This document shows positions 1-12,632 of a DNA stretch of 64,000 nucleotides, piece by piece. A program made the position numbers and the translations under genes. The notes beneath the pieces are model-generated. The model worked only from the letters and a program-made list of their open reading frames with translations, did not search any database and was not told the DNA's origin. Source of the stretch: Candidatus Eutrophomonas brisbanensis (GTDB taxonomy: Bacteria; Pseudomonadota; Gammaproteobacteria; Burkholderiales; Eutrophovitaceae); NCBI GenBank assembly GCA_038141705.1, contig JAYQIQ010000004.1, forward strand, positions 519,135-583,134, written 5' to 3'. Every line of letters begins with the position of its first letter. Position 1 is the first letter of the stretch.

Positions 1-2428
1 CCACCATTAATAACTTCGTTACGTCGTTCCGTATATCCTCAAGCATTTGAGAGAACAACTGAAACGCCTCCCTTTTGTACTCCTGCTTGGGGTTCTTTTG
101 AGCATAACCTCTGAGATGTATCCCTTGACGGAGATGATCTAAAGACGACAAATGTTCGCGCCAGTGCGAATCAATCGATTGCAGTACCACTGCACGCTCG
201 TATTGCTGTACCACCTCTACCGGTGCAGCGTTCATTTTTTCTCGGTAAGCCGTTCCCGCGTGATCTATTACCTCGGCAAGCAATTGTTCATAATCATATT
301 CGTCTTTTTCATCAAGCCGTTCCCGCAATTTAAGATTTAGAGAATAATCGGCCAGCAAAGCTTTCTCTAAACCTTCAAGGTCCCACTGCTCCTCAACACT
401 ACCAATGGGGACATAATAAGAAACCATCTCCTCAATGGCCCCCTCTCTCATTCCATCGATGATATTACTGCTGTCATCACCTTCAAGTAATTGATTACGG
501 TGTTCGTAAATAACTTTCCGTTGATCATTCGCCACATCGTCAAATTCCAGCAACTGTTTGCGAATATCGAAGTTTCTCCCTCCACTTTTCGCTGTGCATT
601 TTCTATTGCCCTAGTCACCCACGGATGCTCTATTGCTTCTCCTTCCGGAAGCTTGAGACGGTCCATAATAGAGGCCACACGATCGGACGCGAAAATTTTC
701 AGCAGCGGATCTTCAAGAGATAAGTAGAAACGCGATGAACCTGGGTCGCCCTGTCGACCAGATCTTCCCCGCAACTGATTGTCTATTCGACGAGACTCGT
801 GGCGCTCTGTACCGATTATATGAAGACCGCCAGCCGCTATCACCGCTTCATGCGCCTTCTCCCATTTATCTGCATCGCCCTCTACCTCACGACTACCCCC
901 AAGCACGATATCCGTTCCACGCCCGGCCATATTTGTAGCGATAGTTATCATTTTTGACCTACCAGCTTGCGCCACCACTTCAGCCTCACGCGCATGTTGT
1001 TTCGCATTCAGGACCTGATGAGGAAGATTCTCTTTTTTAGAAGCGTCGAGATGAGCTCAGAGTTCTCAATTGATGTCGTTCCTACCAATACCGGCTGCCC
1101 ACGATCGTAACAATTTTTGACATCTCTAAGAACAGCATCGTAGCGCTCCTTACTGGTCTTATATATCTGATCCATTTTGTCATCGCGAACCATATTGTTA
1201 TGCGTAGGGATAATCACCGTCTCAAGGCCGTAGATTTGCTGAAATTCGTATGCCTCAGTGTCAGCCGTTCCCGTCATCCCAGACAATCTGGAATACATCC
1301 GAAAATAATTTTGGAAGGTTATCGATGCCAGGGTCTGATTTTCTTTTTGAATTTGTACACCCTCTTTTGCCTCAACCGCTTGATGTAACCCATCGGACCA
1401 ACGCCTGCCAGGCATCAAACGTCCCGTGAATTCATCAACAATAACAATTTGGTTATCCTGGACCACATAGTGCTGATCCTTTATAAATAAATGATGCGCC
1501 TTTAGCGCCGCATACAAATGATGAATTAACGTAATGTTCGATGGATCATACAAACTGCTATCCGATTGAGCATACCCGCCTCAGTCAGCAGAGTTTCAGC
1601 ATTCTCATAACCTTGCTCTGTCAAGATAACTTGATTCGATTTTTGATCAACAGAAAAATCTCCACCCTCATCTCCGTCCTCGGCTTTCACCAACTTAGGG
1701 GCGATTGCATTAATCTCACCGTATAACGAAGTATTGTCATCAGCTTGGCCGGAAATAATTAATGGCGTTCGGGCTTCATCGATCAGGATCGAATCGACCT
1801 CATCTACAATCGCAAACGACAAATCCCGTTGCACTTTGTCGCCCTTTTGAAAGACCATGTTATCTCTCAGAAAATCGAAGCCAAATTCGTTATTGGTTCC
1901 GTAGGTTATGTCCGCAGCGTAAGCCTGTTGTTTTTCCTCGTGGCTTATTTGCGAACGGTTAACACCCACAGAAAGCCCTAAGAAACCGTAGACCTTACCC
2001 ATCCATTCGGCATCACGGCCGGCCAGATAGTCGTTTACGGTCACAACGTGTACAGATTTGCCAGATAGAGCGTTAAGGTAAGCCGGCAAAGTAGCAACCA
2101 GAGTTTTCCCCTCCCCGGTTCGCATTTCTGATATTTTCCCTTCGTGAAGGGCCATTCCACCCATGAGCTGAACATCAAAATGCCTCATACCCAGGACCCT
2201 GGTACTCGCCTCCCTGACAACAGCAAATGCCTCTAGTAAAAGATCGTCTAGACTTTCACCGGCAGCGAATCGGCCTTTGAACTCGTCCGTCTTATTCTTG
2301 AGGGCCTCATCCGTAAGATCGGCCATACTCGCGGCCAGGGCATTTATCAGCCGGACTTTCTTTCCGTAAACTTTGAGGATCCGATCATTACGAGACCCAA
2401 ATATTTTTCTCAATAACTTTATAAACAT
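1..2428 (-). pseudogene. secA: Preprotein translocase ATPase SecA; C-terminus runs off the window start; reading frame broken at least 3 times as sequenced
   Basis: ORF fragments 1526-2428, 1008-1553, 448-978 and an unlisted frame over 1-590 are colinear SecA pieces ([20 protein letters not shown]; [14 protein letters not shown]; [31 protein letters not shown]; HWREHLSSLDHLRQGIHLRGYAQKNPKQEY). Frame switches lie near 1562-1564, 1033-1038 (T6 run) and 578-580. Confidence 0.95.
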
Positions 2429-2532
2429 TCGGTAATTTCCAGCTTTTACTTAAATTTTCAAGGACATAAATCCTGCTAGTGTATCATGACGCTAAGACCT
2501 GCAAACAGCTCGGATACAATCGTCTACGCCTC

Positions 2533-2988
2533 ATGAAAAACTTCAGATCGTTGAGAGCAATTTTAGGAGATGATGACCAATTAGATTTGGTTCGCGACAG
2601 AGTTTCTACTAACCTCCTATTGCAAAAACGCCTCGCCAAGGAAACATCTAAGTTCGGCTCCGAAAAGATCTTAGTTCAACACGTCAACGACAGACTAATT
2701 GAGCTCAATGTGACTGATGGCCTGACCGCATCCTTAATCAAGCAGCGCTTACCGACGATTACTCAGCTTCTGAAAGACGCATTAAAGTCAAAAGAGAATA
2801 TTAAAATCGTGGTTAGAGTCTCTCCTGCACCAGTTGCAGAGATAACATCAAGGAAAAAACAAATTCCAGATTCTGCGCTTCGCGACTTGGAAACGCTTAC
2901 AGGATCGCTACCACATTCTGAGCTAACTACTTCAATTAATAATTTGGTAATGAATCACAGCAAATCTAGTCAAAAAGACCGCAAATAA
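2533..2988 (+). CDS. DUF721/DciA-like protein (weak assignment)
   Basis: Plus-strand ORF 2479-2988, trimmed to the ATG at 2533 (MKNFRSLRAIL...). It lies divergent from secA and convergent with lpxC, where Pseudomonas-type genomes carry a small DUF721 gene. The family call rests on size and context, not on a strong motif. Confidence 0.45.
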   Translation: MKNFRSLRAILGDDDQLDLVRDRVSTNLLLQKRLAKETSKFGSEKILVQHVNDRLIELNVTDGLTASLIKQRLPTITQLLKDALKSKENIKIVVRVSPAPVAEITSRKKQIPDSALRDLETLTGSLPHSELTTSINNLVMNHSKSSQKDRK

Positions 2989-3002
2989 TAATTAACCACG
3001 AT

Positions 3003-3914
3003 TCAAGTCGTCGCCAAATCTGAGTGCAAGAATCCGAAAACTTTATCTCTTTTTGTGATTTCGACCAACTCCCAACACTCTTTTTGCTCCAACAATTTTC
3101 GCAAAAGAAGATTATTCAAATTGTGTCCAGATTTGTGAGCCGAAAAAGCACCTATGACCGGACTGCCTAGAAGATAAAGATCTCCAATCGCATCAAGCGC
3201 TTTATGCTTTACAAATTCGTCCTCGTAGCGAAGCCCATCACTGTTAAGGATACGATATTCATCCATAACGATCGCATTCTCGACACTCCCACCAAGCGCG
3301 AGGCCTTGAGCTCGCAAACTTTCTACATCATGCATAAACCCAAAGGTACGCGCACGACTAACCTCTTTAATATATGACGTCGCGTTAAAGTCCAAAGTGA
3401 CACTTTTATTTGAGCTCGAAAAAGCCGGATGCTCGAAATCGATACTAAAGTTAATTTTGAAACCATCAAAAGGCTCAAACTTCACCCACTTGTCATCTAA
3501 ATCAACTCGTACCTCATCAACAATGCGAATAAACTTTTTATATGCAGATTGTTCTTCAATACCAGCAGACTGGATTAAAAATACGAAGGGAGAAGAGGAC
3601 CCATCCATAATCGGAACCTCGGCAGCGGACAGATCCACGAAAAGATTGTCAATTCCTAAACCATGGAGTGCGGACATGAGGTGCTCAACAGTTTGGACTT
3701 TAACCCCATCTTGCTCTAAACACGACGATAACCTCGTATCCGATACAAGGTATGGATCAACCTTGATATCCTTCGGAGGGCTTAGGTCGACACGTCTGAA
3801 AACAATTCCCGTGTTCGGAGCAGCTGGCCTCAACACGAGAGAAACTTTTTTTCCCGTATGTAAACCTATTCCAGTCGCTTTGACCAGATTTTTCAACGTC
3901 CGTTGTATATGCAT
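3003..3914 (-). CDS. lpxC: UDP-3-O-acyl-N-acetylglucosamine deacetylase
   Basis: [24 protein letters not shown]..., [21 protein letters not shown] and HKSGHNLNN align along the whole length with E. coli LpxC. The TTG-start ORF ending at 3953 was trimmed to the ATG at 3914, which matches the E. coli N-terminus. Confidence 0.95.
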   Translation of the reverse strand: MHIQRTLKNLVKATGIGLHTGKKVSLVLRPAAPNTGIVFRRVDLSPPKDIKVDPYLVSDTRLSSCLEQDGVKVQTVEHLMSALHGLGIDNLFVDLSAAEVPIMDGSSSPFVFLIQSAGIEEQSAYKKFIRIVDEVRVDLDDKWVKFEPFDGFKINFSIDFEHPAFSSSNKSVTLDFNATSYIKEVSRARTFGFMHDVESLRAQGLALGGSVENAIVMDEYRILNSDGLRYEDEFVKHKALDAIGDLYLLGSPVIGAFSAHKSGHNLNNLLLRKLLEQKECWELVEITKRDKVFGFLHSDLATT

Positions 3915-3949
3915 TGATCTGTTCGTCGAGGTTTTATCGTAAAAATTAC

Positions 3950-5110
3950 TCAATCAACTTGACGTCGCAAAAATGCAGGGATATCCAAATCGTCTAAACC
4001 GGTTGATTTGAGGGCGTCGACTTGTGCTTTACGATCTCTACGTCTTATGACCGCCGGAGCGTCAGACTCATCATTCTCTGCCATCAAAGGCGTGTCATCG
4101 GTACCGTTGCGAACCAGCCGAATTCTCGACTCATCCCTTCTCGCAATCCCCACTGACGGTCGTCCAATCCCAGTGGCCACTAAAGTGACCCTCAGATCCT
4201 CACCTAGAGAATCATCTATGACAGTACCCACTATTACCGTGGCATCCGCAGCCGTAAATTCCCTCACCGTCTCCATAACCTGATGCACCTCTTTCATTTT
4301 CAGATTCGCGCCAGCAGTGATATTTACTAAAACGCCCCGAGCCCCCTTAAGGTCTACATCCTCTAGCAACGGACTCGCTACTGCTCCCTGCGCCGCTTTC
4401 AACGCGCGATCCTCCCCACTTTGAGCATGCGATCCCATCATAGCCATGCCCATCTCAGACATTACCGTTCGAACGTCAGCAAAATCTACGTTCACGAGAC
4501 CAGGGCACTTAATTACCTCTGCGATACCTGATACAGCCCCGTAGAGAACGTCATTCGCAGCTTTGAATGCATCCAGCATCGAAACGTCATCCCCGAGAAC
4601 GTCCATCAGCTTTTCGTTTGGGATTACGATAAGCGAATCAACTCTCTGAGCAAGAGCCTCCAGCCCTACTTCCGCAACAGCCTGACGCTTACCCTCAAAA
4701 ATAAACGGGCGAGTAACAACGGCTACGGTCAAAATTCCCAGATCCTTTGCTACTTCGGCCACAATCGGAGCAGCACCAGTACCAGTACCACCTCCCATAC
4801 CCGCCGTAATAAAGACCATGTCAGCCCCATCGATTAACTCGGCTATAGTCTCTCGGTCTTCTAACGCCGCTTCTCTACCAACATCAGGATTCGCCCCCGC
4901 CCCCAGGCCCTTTGTTATTTGGGACCCCAGCTGAACGATTTTTTTGGCTTTATTTTTTGATAACGCTTGAGCATCGGTGTTGGCGCATACAAACTCAACA
5001 CCCTCCACTCCTCTTTCTATCATGTGATCAACGGCATTACCACCGCAGCCGCCAACGCCAATAACTTTGATCACCGCTTCCTGAGGTTGGGTATCCATGA
5101 TCTCAAACAT
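3950..5110 (-). CDS. ftsZ: Cell division GTPase FtsZ
   Basis: [10 protein letters not shown] and the tubulin signature [16 protein letters not shown]; C-terminal DIPAFLRRQ peptide. Confidence 0.98.
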   Translation of the reverse strand: MFEIMDTQPQEAVIKVIGVGGCGGNAVDHMIERGVEGVEFVCANTDAQALSKNKAKKIVQLGSQITKGLGAGANPDVGREAALEDRETIAELIDGADMVFITAGMGGGTGTGAAPIVAEVAKDLGILTVAVVTRPFIFEGKRQAVAEVGLEALAQRVDSLIVIPNEKLMDVLGDDVSMLDAFKAANDVLYGAVSGIAEVIKCPGLVNVDFADVRTVMSEMGMAMMGSHAQSGEDRALKAAQGAVASPLLEDVDLKGARGVLVNITAGANLKMKEVHQVMETVREFTAADATVIVGTVIDDSLGEDLRVTLVATGIGRPSVGIARRDESRIRLVRNGTDDTPLMAENDESDAPAVIRRRDRKAQVDALKSTGLDDLDIPAFLRRQVD

Positions 5111-5179
5111 TCAACACTCCTCAATTGAAAGATTACGAAATTTTAACAACCATCGTTACACTTCACCACATTTTTTAAC

Positions 5180-6451
5180 TTAAAAGTTAGTTTCAAACCA
5201 ACGTTTCATTTTCCTCACTACAGTTTTCATCGACCCGTTCTTGAGTTTTTCGATATTTTGTTGCTCACGATATTCAACTGCAGAAATCAAAAGCCCAGCG
5301 GCAGTCGAATATCTCGGATTTTTAATCACCTCTGATAATGGTCCCGAGTACGTAGGAGTTCCAAGACGAACCGGCATGTGTAATACCTCCTCCCCCAACT
5401 CAACCATCCCCTCCATCGCGCTGCTGCCCCCTGTGATTACGACACCAGATGACAGTAATTCCTCGAATCCACTTCTTCGAATCTCAGCAAGCACCAATGC
5501 ATAAAGCTCCTCTGCTCTGGGCTCGATTACCTCCGCCAGAGTCTGTCTCGACAATTTTCTAGGTGCCCGATCACCAACACCCGGGACATCGATTGACTCA
5601 TCTAAGTCCGCAATCGATCTAAGCGCACACCCATATCGTCTTTTTATATCCTCCGCCTCTTTCGTAGGAGTTCTAAACGCCATCGCGATATCGCTAGTGA
5701 TTTGGTCACCAGCGATAGGAATCACTGCAGTATGCCTAATCGCTCCTTGCGAGAATATTGCAAGATCACTTGTTCCCCCACCAATGTCGAGCAAACAGAC
5801 CCCAAGTTCTCGCTCATCATCTGATAAAACCGCATTCGCAGACGCCAACGGTTGCAGAATTAAATCATGCACCTCTAATCCACATCGTCTGACACATTTC
5901 ATAATATTTTGAGCTGCAGATACCGCGCCTGTGACAATGTGGACCTTCACTTCTAGCCTTAAACCAGACATAGCAATGGGCTCTCTAACGTCTTCTTGCC
6001 CATCGATAGCAAATTCTTGATTCAGCACATGCAAGATTTGCTGGTCAGTTGGGATTGGAATCGCCCTTGCAGTCTCCACCACCCGATCTACGTCCTGCTG
6101 GGTCACCTCTCGATCCTTTATCGCAACCATTCCGTGCGAGTTGAAACTTCTTATGTGGCTCCCAGCTATCCCTGTCCAGACCTCTCGGATTTTACAATCC
6201 GCCATTAATTCCGCTTCCTCTAGCGCTCTTTGGATCGCATTGACAGTAGACTCTATGTTGACGACCACACCCTTTTTCATTCCTTTAGACGTTGAACTCC
6301 CCAACCCGATTACATTGAAAGAACCGTCATCTTTTAGCTCTGCTACGACCGCAGCTATCTTAGATGTGCCGATATCCAATGCAACAATAAGATTAGCTTC
6401 ATCCCGAAGTTTTACTTTAGACATATTTTTAGACCATTCAGGTTTTTTCAT
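5180..6451 (-). CDS. ftsA: Cell division protein FtsA (alternative start at 6424, MSKVKL...)
   Basis: Actin-like ATPase motifs ALDIGTSKIAAVV and LLDIGGGTSDLAIF; colinear with E. coli FtsA; sits between ftsQ and ftsZ. Confidence 0.95.
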   Translation of the reverse strand: MKKPEWSKNMSKVKLRDEANLIVALDIGTSKIAAVVAELKDDGSFNVIGLGSSTSKGMKKGVVVNIESTVNAIQRALEEAELMADCKIREVWTGIAGSHIRSFNSHGMVAIKDREVTQQDVDRVVETARAIPIPTDQQILHVLNQEFAIDGQEDVREPIAMSGLRLEVKVHIVTGAVSAAQNIMKCVRRCGLEVHDLILQPLASANAVLSDDERELGVCLLDIGGGTSDLAIFSQGAIRHTAVIPIAGDQITSDIAMAFRTPTKEAEDIKRRYGCALRSIADLDESIDVPGVGDRAPRKLSRQTLAEVIEPRAEELYALVLAEIRRSGFEELLSSGVVITGGSSAMEGMVELGEEVLHMPVRLGTPTYSGPLSEVIKNPRYSTAAGLLISAVEYREQQNIEKLKNGSMKTVVRKMKRWFETNF

Positions 6452-6465
6452 ATTTAAGTCTGACC

Positions 6466-7158
6466 TTATTTTTTTCTGACCGCGTAGCCATCTGAATACC
6501 GCAAATCAGCGCTCGAGATATCAGAACCCACTTTTTCTACGATAAACGGCAAATCTTGAAGAAACGACTGGAATCTAGCCTCAGGTTCCTCTCTTCCCAA
6601 TTGAATCAGGGTTCCACCAGAGAGCTGAACCGACCAAGACCTTCGGTCACTGAACTCCAACCTAATCACTCGCTCGTCAAAATTTTGCACCAGCGGCGCA
6701 ATTCGAGAATAAACACTGGCGATCATTTCATTCGTTCCTTCGGGTCCGTCTAGGATAGCGAGCGCTTTATCATACTCGCCGTCAAAAATAATCCCGGACT
6801 CATCGACTAAACCCCCACCACTCCAGTTTGCTAACGGCTTTCGCTCCGATACAAAGATATCAATCATATTCGGCCAAACTCTCTTCAAATCAGCGTTTTC
6901 AACCCAAGCAAGCGTCTCAACACGAGACCTCGCGTCAGCTAAATCGAGATTTAAAAAGGTACCCCTAAACCCCCCACGCACTATCGATATCAATTCTTTA
7001 TTGCTGATATGTTGCGATTGCCCACTGACTCGGATAGTCGATATATCGAAGATAGAACTGTTTAACGCCATACTAAAAGCCGAAAACAGAAAGTAGCATA
7101 TCGACGTCAATACCAAAAAAAAACTTATCCTATTAAGTAGGCGGTAGTTATGCCACAT
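6466..7158 (-). CDS. ftsQ: Cell division protein FtsQ
   Basis: 230 aa with a single N-terminal TM segment followed by a POTRA-like region; canonical position between ddl and ftsA. Confidence 0.8.
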   Translation of the reverse strand: MWHNYRLLNRISFFLVLTSICYFLFSAFSMALNSSIFDISTIRVSGQSQHISNKELISIVRGGFRGTFLNLDLADARSRVETLAWVENADLKRVWPNMIDIFVSERKPLANWSGGGLVDESGIIFDGEYDKALAILDGPEGTNEMIASVYSRIAPLVQNFDERVIRLEFSDRRSWSVQLSGGTLIQLGREEPEARFQSFLQDLPFIVEKVGSDISSADLRYSDGYAVRKK

Positions 7159-8065
7159 CGCTCGTTTCCAAGATCCTTAGCACCAGTGCCTCAAAAGAGA
7201 TCCCCGACTGTAACGCCGCTTTCGGCACTAAACTATGATTCGTCATCCCCGGGACAGTGTTCACCTCCAGTACCCAAGGCCGGGAAAACTCATCCAACAT
7301 AATGTCGACGCGTCCCCATCCGCGACAACCGACCGCTTCAAATGCGGAGTAACCAAGCGATTGAATTTCTTCTTCAAGCTTATCCGGTAAGCCAGAGGGA
7401 CAGAAATATTTTGTTTCATCCGAAATGTACTTGGCTTGGTAATCGTAGTTATTGTTCGGAGCTTCGATCCGAACGACTGGGAGAGTTTCGTTACCGACAA
7501 TAGCCACAGTCAACTCAGCTCCATTCACAGATTTTTCAGCAATTACTAAGTCGTCATAACCTCGCGCTTTTCGTACTGCTACAGCGAGCTCATTCTCATT
7601 CGAAACTTTGGAAATTCCGATTGTTGAACCCTCTCTCGCAGGTTTAACAAATAATGGGAAGCCAAGACGCGTCGAGGCATCAGCAAGGTCAGATTCATCC
7701 CGGATGAGGACGAAGTCTGGCGTCGCTAGACCAAGCCCTCGGAGAACGATCTTCGTTCTCCATTTATCCATCGCAAGAGCACACGCAGCCACTCTGCTTC
7801 CAGTGTATGGGATGCCGAGCATCTCTAAAGCTCCCTGAACGGTTCCATCTTCTCCGGATTTACCGTGCAACATGATGATGGCGGCATCAACCTCTAGATC
7901 CAACAGTTCCGATAGAGAGCGATCTTTCGTATCGAAAAGTAAAGAATCTATCCCCATACTACCTAGTGCATTATGAACCGCAATCCCAGAATTCAGAGAT
8001 ACCTCTCTTTCTGACGAAGTTCCCCCATACAAAACAGCGACCCGATCAAATTTTTTATCAACCAC
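7148..8065 (-). CDS. ddl: D-alanine--D-alanine ligase
   Basis: VLYGGTSSEREVSLNSG N-terminus; ATP-grasp C-terminus LEVNTVPGMT. Confidence 0.95.
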   Translation of the reverse strand: MVDKKFDRVAVLYGGTSSEREVSLNSGIAVHNALGSMGIDSLLFDTKDRSLSELLDLEVDAAIIMLHGKSGEDGTVQGALEMLGIPYTGSRVAACALAMDKWRTKIVLRGLGLATPDFVLIRDESDLADASTRLGFPLFVKPAREGSTIGISKVSNENELAVAVRKARGYDDLVIAEKSVNGAELTVAIVGNETLPVVRIEAPNNNYDYQAKYISDETKYFCPSGLPDKLEEEIQSLGYSAFEAVGCRGWGRVDIMLDEFSRPWVLEVNTVPGMTNHSLVPKAALQSGISFEALVLRILETSDVA

Positions 8066-9007
8066 TCGACTTCGCTCCTAAAATCTTGACTTCGGGATGA
8101 AGATCGACACCCATCCTCTCGGCAACCACGCTCTGAACCTCTCTCATCAGCAGTTCTACCTCACGCGCGCTCGCCCCACCGGTGTTTACAATAAAATTCG
8201 CGTGTTTTGGAGAGATCATGGCACCGCCGATTGTTTTCCCCTTTAGGTCACAATTTTCAATGAGTTGGGCCGCGTAATATCCGGGTGGGTTTCTAAATAC
8301 CGAGCCACAATTAGGCTTATCCAATGGTTGCTCACTGACGCGTCTCGCTAAAAGATTTTTAATTTTTTCCCGAGATCTATCTCCCGAACCCCGCCTAAAC
8401 CGGAACCATCCCCCTACAAAAAATTCAGATTGGTCGTACTTTGATGTTACTTCTCGGTAGGATATGAAGAACTCACTCTTTTCTCTAATTTTGAGATTTC
8501 CGAATTTATCAATTGTCTTTACTTTAAGCACGTGATCCCAAGTCTCACTACCGTAACACCCTGCATTCATCGCTAAAGCCCCGCCCACGGTGCCTGGGAT
8601 CCCCGCCAAAAATTCAGCCCCTTCAAAATGATGTAACGCTGAAAATCTAGCCAACTTTGGAGCAGCTACTCCAGCCTCAGCGTATATCACCGAATCCTGC
8701 CCATCCAATTGCAGCTCGAGCTCACTTAAGGCTTTGTGCGTAAAAACGGTGATCCCACTCAGCCCCTCGTCTCGAACCAACAAGTTGCTTCCCAATCCAA
8801 CAAACATTAGAGGCAAATTAAATGGCTCACTCGCCCTTAAAAAATCAGATAAGTCAGGACAATTTAATGGTGTAAAGCTCACTCGAGCCGCGCCTCCCAC
8901 CTTAAGGGAAGTTTTTTTGCCATTCCCACGTCAAAATCCAGTCTTCCTCGCAAACTATGCCGAACGCACAAATCACTCAGCTCTCGCGTTCCAAACTCAT
9001 GGCGCAT
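8058..9007 (-). pseudogene. murB: UDP-N-acetylenolpyruvoylglucosamine reductase MurB; one frameshift in a homopolymer near the 5' end
   Basis: ORF 8058-8900 is MurB from LKVGGAARV onward. Upstream, an ATG at 9007 overlaps the murC stop and reads [32 protein letters not shown]. Adding one base to the T7 run at 8912-8918 (A-run on the gene strand) restores MAKKTSLKVGG. Confidence 0.9.
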
Positions 9008-10409
9008 CGTTACCCGCCTCAATAATTTTCTGAGGAAGACCCCCAATCGATCCAGCACCCATGGTAACCACTACATCACCGTCTTCGACCAATTCCTCAA
9101 GGATACTCGGCACATTTCCGAGCTCTGGAACAAAGATCGGCTCCACTCGACCAAGCATCCTGATACCCCTTGCAAGTGAACGACCATCTGCGGCCGCTAC
9201 AGGTTGCTCTCCAGCAGAGTAAACTTCACTCAAAATTAGCACATCGACATTGGACAACTCCGAAACAAAATCTTCGAAACAATCCCGAGTCCGAGAATAT
9301 CGATGCGGCTGAAATATCAACACTAATCTCTTGCCCTCATGTGCCATACGAATAGCTCGCAACGTCGGAGCTATCTCGTTCGGATGATGTCCGTAGTCAT
9401 CAATCAGTAAAAAATGTTTATTCTTAAACGTTTGTACTCCATAACTTTGGAGTCGACGGCCAACCCCTAAAAAGTTTTTTAATCCATCGATAATATGCTC
9501 ATCGTCAATGCCGAGTTCAGTCGCTACAGCAATAGCAGCAAGGGCATTCAAAACGTTATGCTCGCCCAGACAGCCTAGTCTGATTTCTAATTCGCTCGCA
9601 TTTGAAATATGTGAATCTAATTTCCGTGAAACACGAAACAACATGTTCTTTCCATCGCAGCGAATATCAAATGCCCTGACGTGAGCTTCAACATCAAGAC
9701 CGTAAGTGATTAAACGTTTCGTCGAGCTTTCGATAACCGTCTTCACGTGCGGGTCGTCGAGACAAACTACCGCACAGCCATAGAAGGGAACGCGAGATAT
9801 AAATTCTAGAAAGGCTTGCTTCAAGTTTTCAAAATCATGTGAATACGACTCTAGATGGTCACGGTCAATATTTGTTACTACTGAAATTACCGGGTTCAGA
9901 TGCAAAAACGATCCATCCGATTCATCTGCCTCCGCAACAATAAACTCGCCTGATCCCAATTTGGCATTACTCCCAGCTGACTCAAGCTTTCCTCCAATCA
10001 CATAAGTCGGATCCATCTTTGCGCTTGCTAAAACACTAGCAATCAAGCTGGTAGTAGTAGTTTTTCCATGCGTTCCTGCAACTGCAATTCCTTGCCTAAA
10101 CCTCATAAGCTCAGAGAGCATCATTGCCCTGGGAATAACGGGAATTGCAAGTTCACGTGCCCTTAAAATCTCTGGGTTTTCAAGATCGATTGCCGATGAA
10201 ACCACTAAGACATCAGCCCCAGTCAAGTTAGCAGCTTTGTGACCTTTCTTGATTTTGGCGCCCAACGTCGCCAATCTCAAAGTGGCACTTGTTTCCTTAA
10301 CGTCGGAACCCGATACCTTGAAACCGTGATTGATGAGCACTTCCGCTATCCCACTCATGCCAACACCACCAATACCGACAAAATGGATCGCTTTAACCTT
10401 GTATTTCAT
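8997..10409 (-). CDS. murC: UDP-N-acetylmuramate--L-alanine ligase
   Basis: [17 protein letters not shown] and [12 protein letters not shown]-loop; 470 aa. Confidence 0.97.
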   Translation of the reverse strand: MKYKVKAIHFVGIGGVGMSGIAEVLINHGFKVSGSDVKETSATLRLATLGAKIKKGHKAANLTGADVLVVSSAIDLENPEILRARELAIPVIPRAMMLSELMRFRQGIAVAGTHGKTTTTSLIASVLASAKMDPTYVIGGKLESAGSNAKLGSGEFIVAEADESDGSFLHLNPVISVVTNIDRDHLESYSHDFENLKQAFLEFISRVPFYGCAVVCLDDPHVKTVIESSTKRLITYGLDVEAHVRAFDIRCDGKNMLFRVSRKLDSHISNASELEIRLGCLGEHNVLNALAAIAVATELGIDDEHIIDGLKNFLGVGRRLQSYGVQTFKNKHFLLIDDYGHHPNEIAPTLRAIRMAHEGKRLVLIFQPHRYSRTRDCFEDFVSELSNVDVLILSEVYSAGEQPVAAADGRSLARGIRMLGRVEPIFVPELGNVPSILEELVEDGDVVVTMGAGSIGGLPQKIIEAGNDAP

Positions 10410-11464
10410 ATCGAAACCTTCACTAACTCCTCGAAAACCTTTTCGGTAGCATCCACTGGAAACAAACTATGAGCTCGTTTGGCCATCCTCAGCAGATCGT
10501 CCCGAGAAAATTTTTTGATAGCTGAGGACAATTGCTCTGCTGACGCAAGCTCCTGACGCATGACAACCGATGCTCCCGCAAGCTCTAACCGCTCGGCATT
10601 CTTCATCTGATGGTCGTCAACAGCGTAGGGGTAAGGTATCAAAAGACTGGCAACTCCAATTCTCGAAATTTCCGTTACGGTCATGGCACCAGCTCGAGCT
10701 ATCACTAGATCCACATCGGAATAGAGCTGAGGCATATCATAAATAAACTCAACTAAGTCGCCTTGGACTCCATGCTTGTCGTAATTCTTACGCAGTAGAT
10801 CGAGGTTATTTAACCCAGCCTGATGAGTAACTAGTGGACGCTGATCAGTACTAATCATTGAAATTGCAACTGGAACTATGTCATTAAAGAACCGAGCTCC
10901 TCGGCTTCCTCCAACAACTAAGATCTTTAATCTTCCGGATCGCTTGGTATATCTCTCCTCTGGATCGCCAAATGCTGAGAATTTTTCATCAACGGGGTTT
11001 CCCACAAAGTATCCCCCTCTAATTGAATCAGAAAAACCAACCAATACTTTTCTCGCCAGAGGAGCGAGAAATCGGTTCGTCGCACCGGGAATGGCATTCG
11101 ACTCATGGATCACCAAGGGTCTGCGTAGTACCCAAGCTACGACGCCACCAACAAAACTGGCGTACCCCCCCATACCCAGGACGACATCGGGGTTTTTTTG
11201 CAAGAAAAACTTTACGAGCCTCGCAAATGACACCAAAACTTTTCTTGGTAAAGAAAAAAGCGTCAATAAACTTTTTCCCCTTATCCCCTGCATATCGAGA
11301 AGCATTATTGGATATCCGTTTCTCTGAACTAAATCCTCCTCCATCCCCCCATAAGCGCCAATCCATAATACGGACCAACCCTCTATTCGAGCACGGCTAG
11401 CGACAGCTAGGGCCGGAAAAATATGTCCACCTGTGCCTCCCGCCATGATAACCAAAGTTGGCAT
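10406..11464 (-). CDS. murG: Undecaprenyldiphospho-muramoylpentapeptide beta-N-acetylglucosaminyltransferase
   Basis: [17 protein letters not shown]-terminal motif; 352 aa; dcw position. Confidence 0.96.
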   Translation of the reverse strand: MPTLVIMAGGTGGHIFPALAVASRARIEGWSVLWIGAYGGMEEDLVQRNGYPIMLLDMQGIRGKSLLTLFSLPRKVLVSFARLVKFFLQKNPDVVLGMGGYASFVGGVVAWVLRRPLVIHESNAIPGATNRFLAPLARKVLVGFSDSIRGGYFVGNPVDEKFSAFGDPEERYTKRSGRLKILVVGGSRGARFFNDIVPVAISMISTDQRPLVTHQAGLNNLDLLRKNYDKHGVQGDLVEFIYDMPQLYSDVDLVIARAGAMTVTEISRIGVASLLIPYPYAVDDHQMKNAERLELAGASVVMRQELASAEQLSSAIKKFSRDDLLRMAKRAHSLFPVDATEKVFEELVKVSI

Positions 11465-12618
11465 TAGAAATTAACACCCCTGAGCAGTTGTCTATTCTCA
11501 ATGTCGATCCTCGCCACGATTCCCAAGACCAAACAATTCATCATTAATCCACTTCCACCGAAAGATAGCAGGGGCAACGTTAAGCCTTTGGTGGGTAACA
11601 TGCCGACATTCACGCCCATATTTATAAACGCTTGCGCCCCCAACCATAGCGCCGCTCCTTGTGCAACCAGGGCAGGGTAATATCTCTCAAGTCTGGCTGC
11701 CTGGTTGCCTATAGCTACCATCTTGAAGACTAACCATGCAAAAGCGGTGATCGTGATGGCCACTCCCAAAAACCCCAATTCCTCTCCGACAACCGCAAGT
11801 ATAAAGTCCGTGTGGGCTTCTGGTAGATAAAATAATTTCTCTACGCTACCACCCAGCCCAACCCCAAACAATCCTCCTCTACCGAATGCCATCAAAGCAT
11901 GGGTCAACTGATACCCACCACGACCAAAAGGATCTTCCCAAGGATTCAGAAAGCCTAAGACACGCTGCATTCTGTAATCGGAACTATAAATAAGAATGAC
12001 GAAACCTATAACCAACATGATGAGAAGAACAACAAAAAGTCGCCAATTCATACCACCAAGAAAGAGAATCCCTAGGGCTATAAAAGTAATCACCACAAAG
12101 GCCCCAAAGTCCGGCTCCAATAGAAGGAGCGCTCCAGTTACTGACATGACCGCGAAAAGTGGTAAAAATCCTTTTCTTATTTTCGACATGTCAGATGCCT
12201 TTCGAACCGTGTAGTCAGCTGCATACAGAACCACGGCCACCTTCATCAATTCTGACGGCTGAAAGCTAAAACCTAAAAATCTAAACCAACGTCGGCTGAA
12301 GTTAGCCTCGTAACCTATCCCAGGGATGAGGACGAGAACTAAAAGAACAAGTGCGAAACCAAAAAGGTAGGGAGCTATTGGTTGCCAAAATCTCAATGGA
12401 AATTGTGTAGCAGCCGCCGCTAAAAAAATCCCGATACCAAGTGCTAGCAAATGTCGAAATAGGAAATAATAGGTATCTCCACCAGATTGCTTGAGAGATT
12501 CGGCTTCTGCGATTGAGGAGGAGTAAACCATCACCAAACCAAAGCCAATCAACGCAGCTGAGAGCCAAAAAAAAGTTCGATCGAAATATGCTGTCTCTGT
12601 TTTAACGTTAGCCAACAT
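11464..12618 (-). CDS. ftsW: SEDS-family cell division protein FtsW
   Basis: 384 aa polytopic membrane protein with a SEDS-like C-terminal region (LPTKGLTLPLLSFGGSG); sits between murG and murD. Confidence 0.9.
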   Translation of the reverse strand: MLANVKTETAYFDRTFFWLSAALIGFGLVMVYSSSIAEAESLKQSGGDTYYFLFRHLLALGIGIFLAAAATQFPLRFWQPIAPYLFGFALVLLVLVLIPGIGYEANFSRRWFRFLGFSFQPSELMKVAVVLYAADYTVRKASDMSKIRKGFLPLFAVMSVTGALLLLEPDFGAFVVITFIALGILFLGGMNWRLFVVLLIMLVIGFVILIYSSDYRMQRVLGFLNPWEDPFGRGGYQLTHALMAFGRGGLFGVGLGGSVEKLFYLPEAHTDFILAVVGEELGFLGVAITITAFAWLVFKMVAIGNQAARLERYYPALVAQGAALWLGAQAFINMGVNVGMLPTKGLTLPLLSFGGSGLMMNCLVLGIVARIDIENRQLLRGVNF

Positions 12619-12632
12619 TTACACTTTTCAAA

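Noticed and set aside
3397-3942. Long antisense ORFs inside conserved genes, for example 3397-3942 (+) in lpxC, 10878-11327 (+) in murG, 17530-17868 (+) in murE, 33266-33685 (+) in birA and 62399-62875 (+) in the gltD-like gene
   Set aside because: They are shadow ORFs on the opposite strand of strongly supported genes. Their composition is low-complexity and Ser/Arg/Pro-rich, with no motifs and no RBS context.
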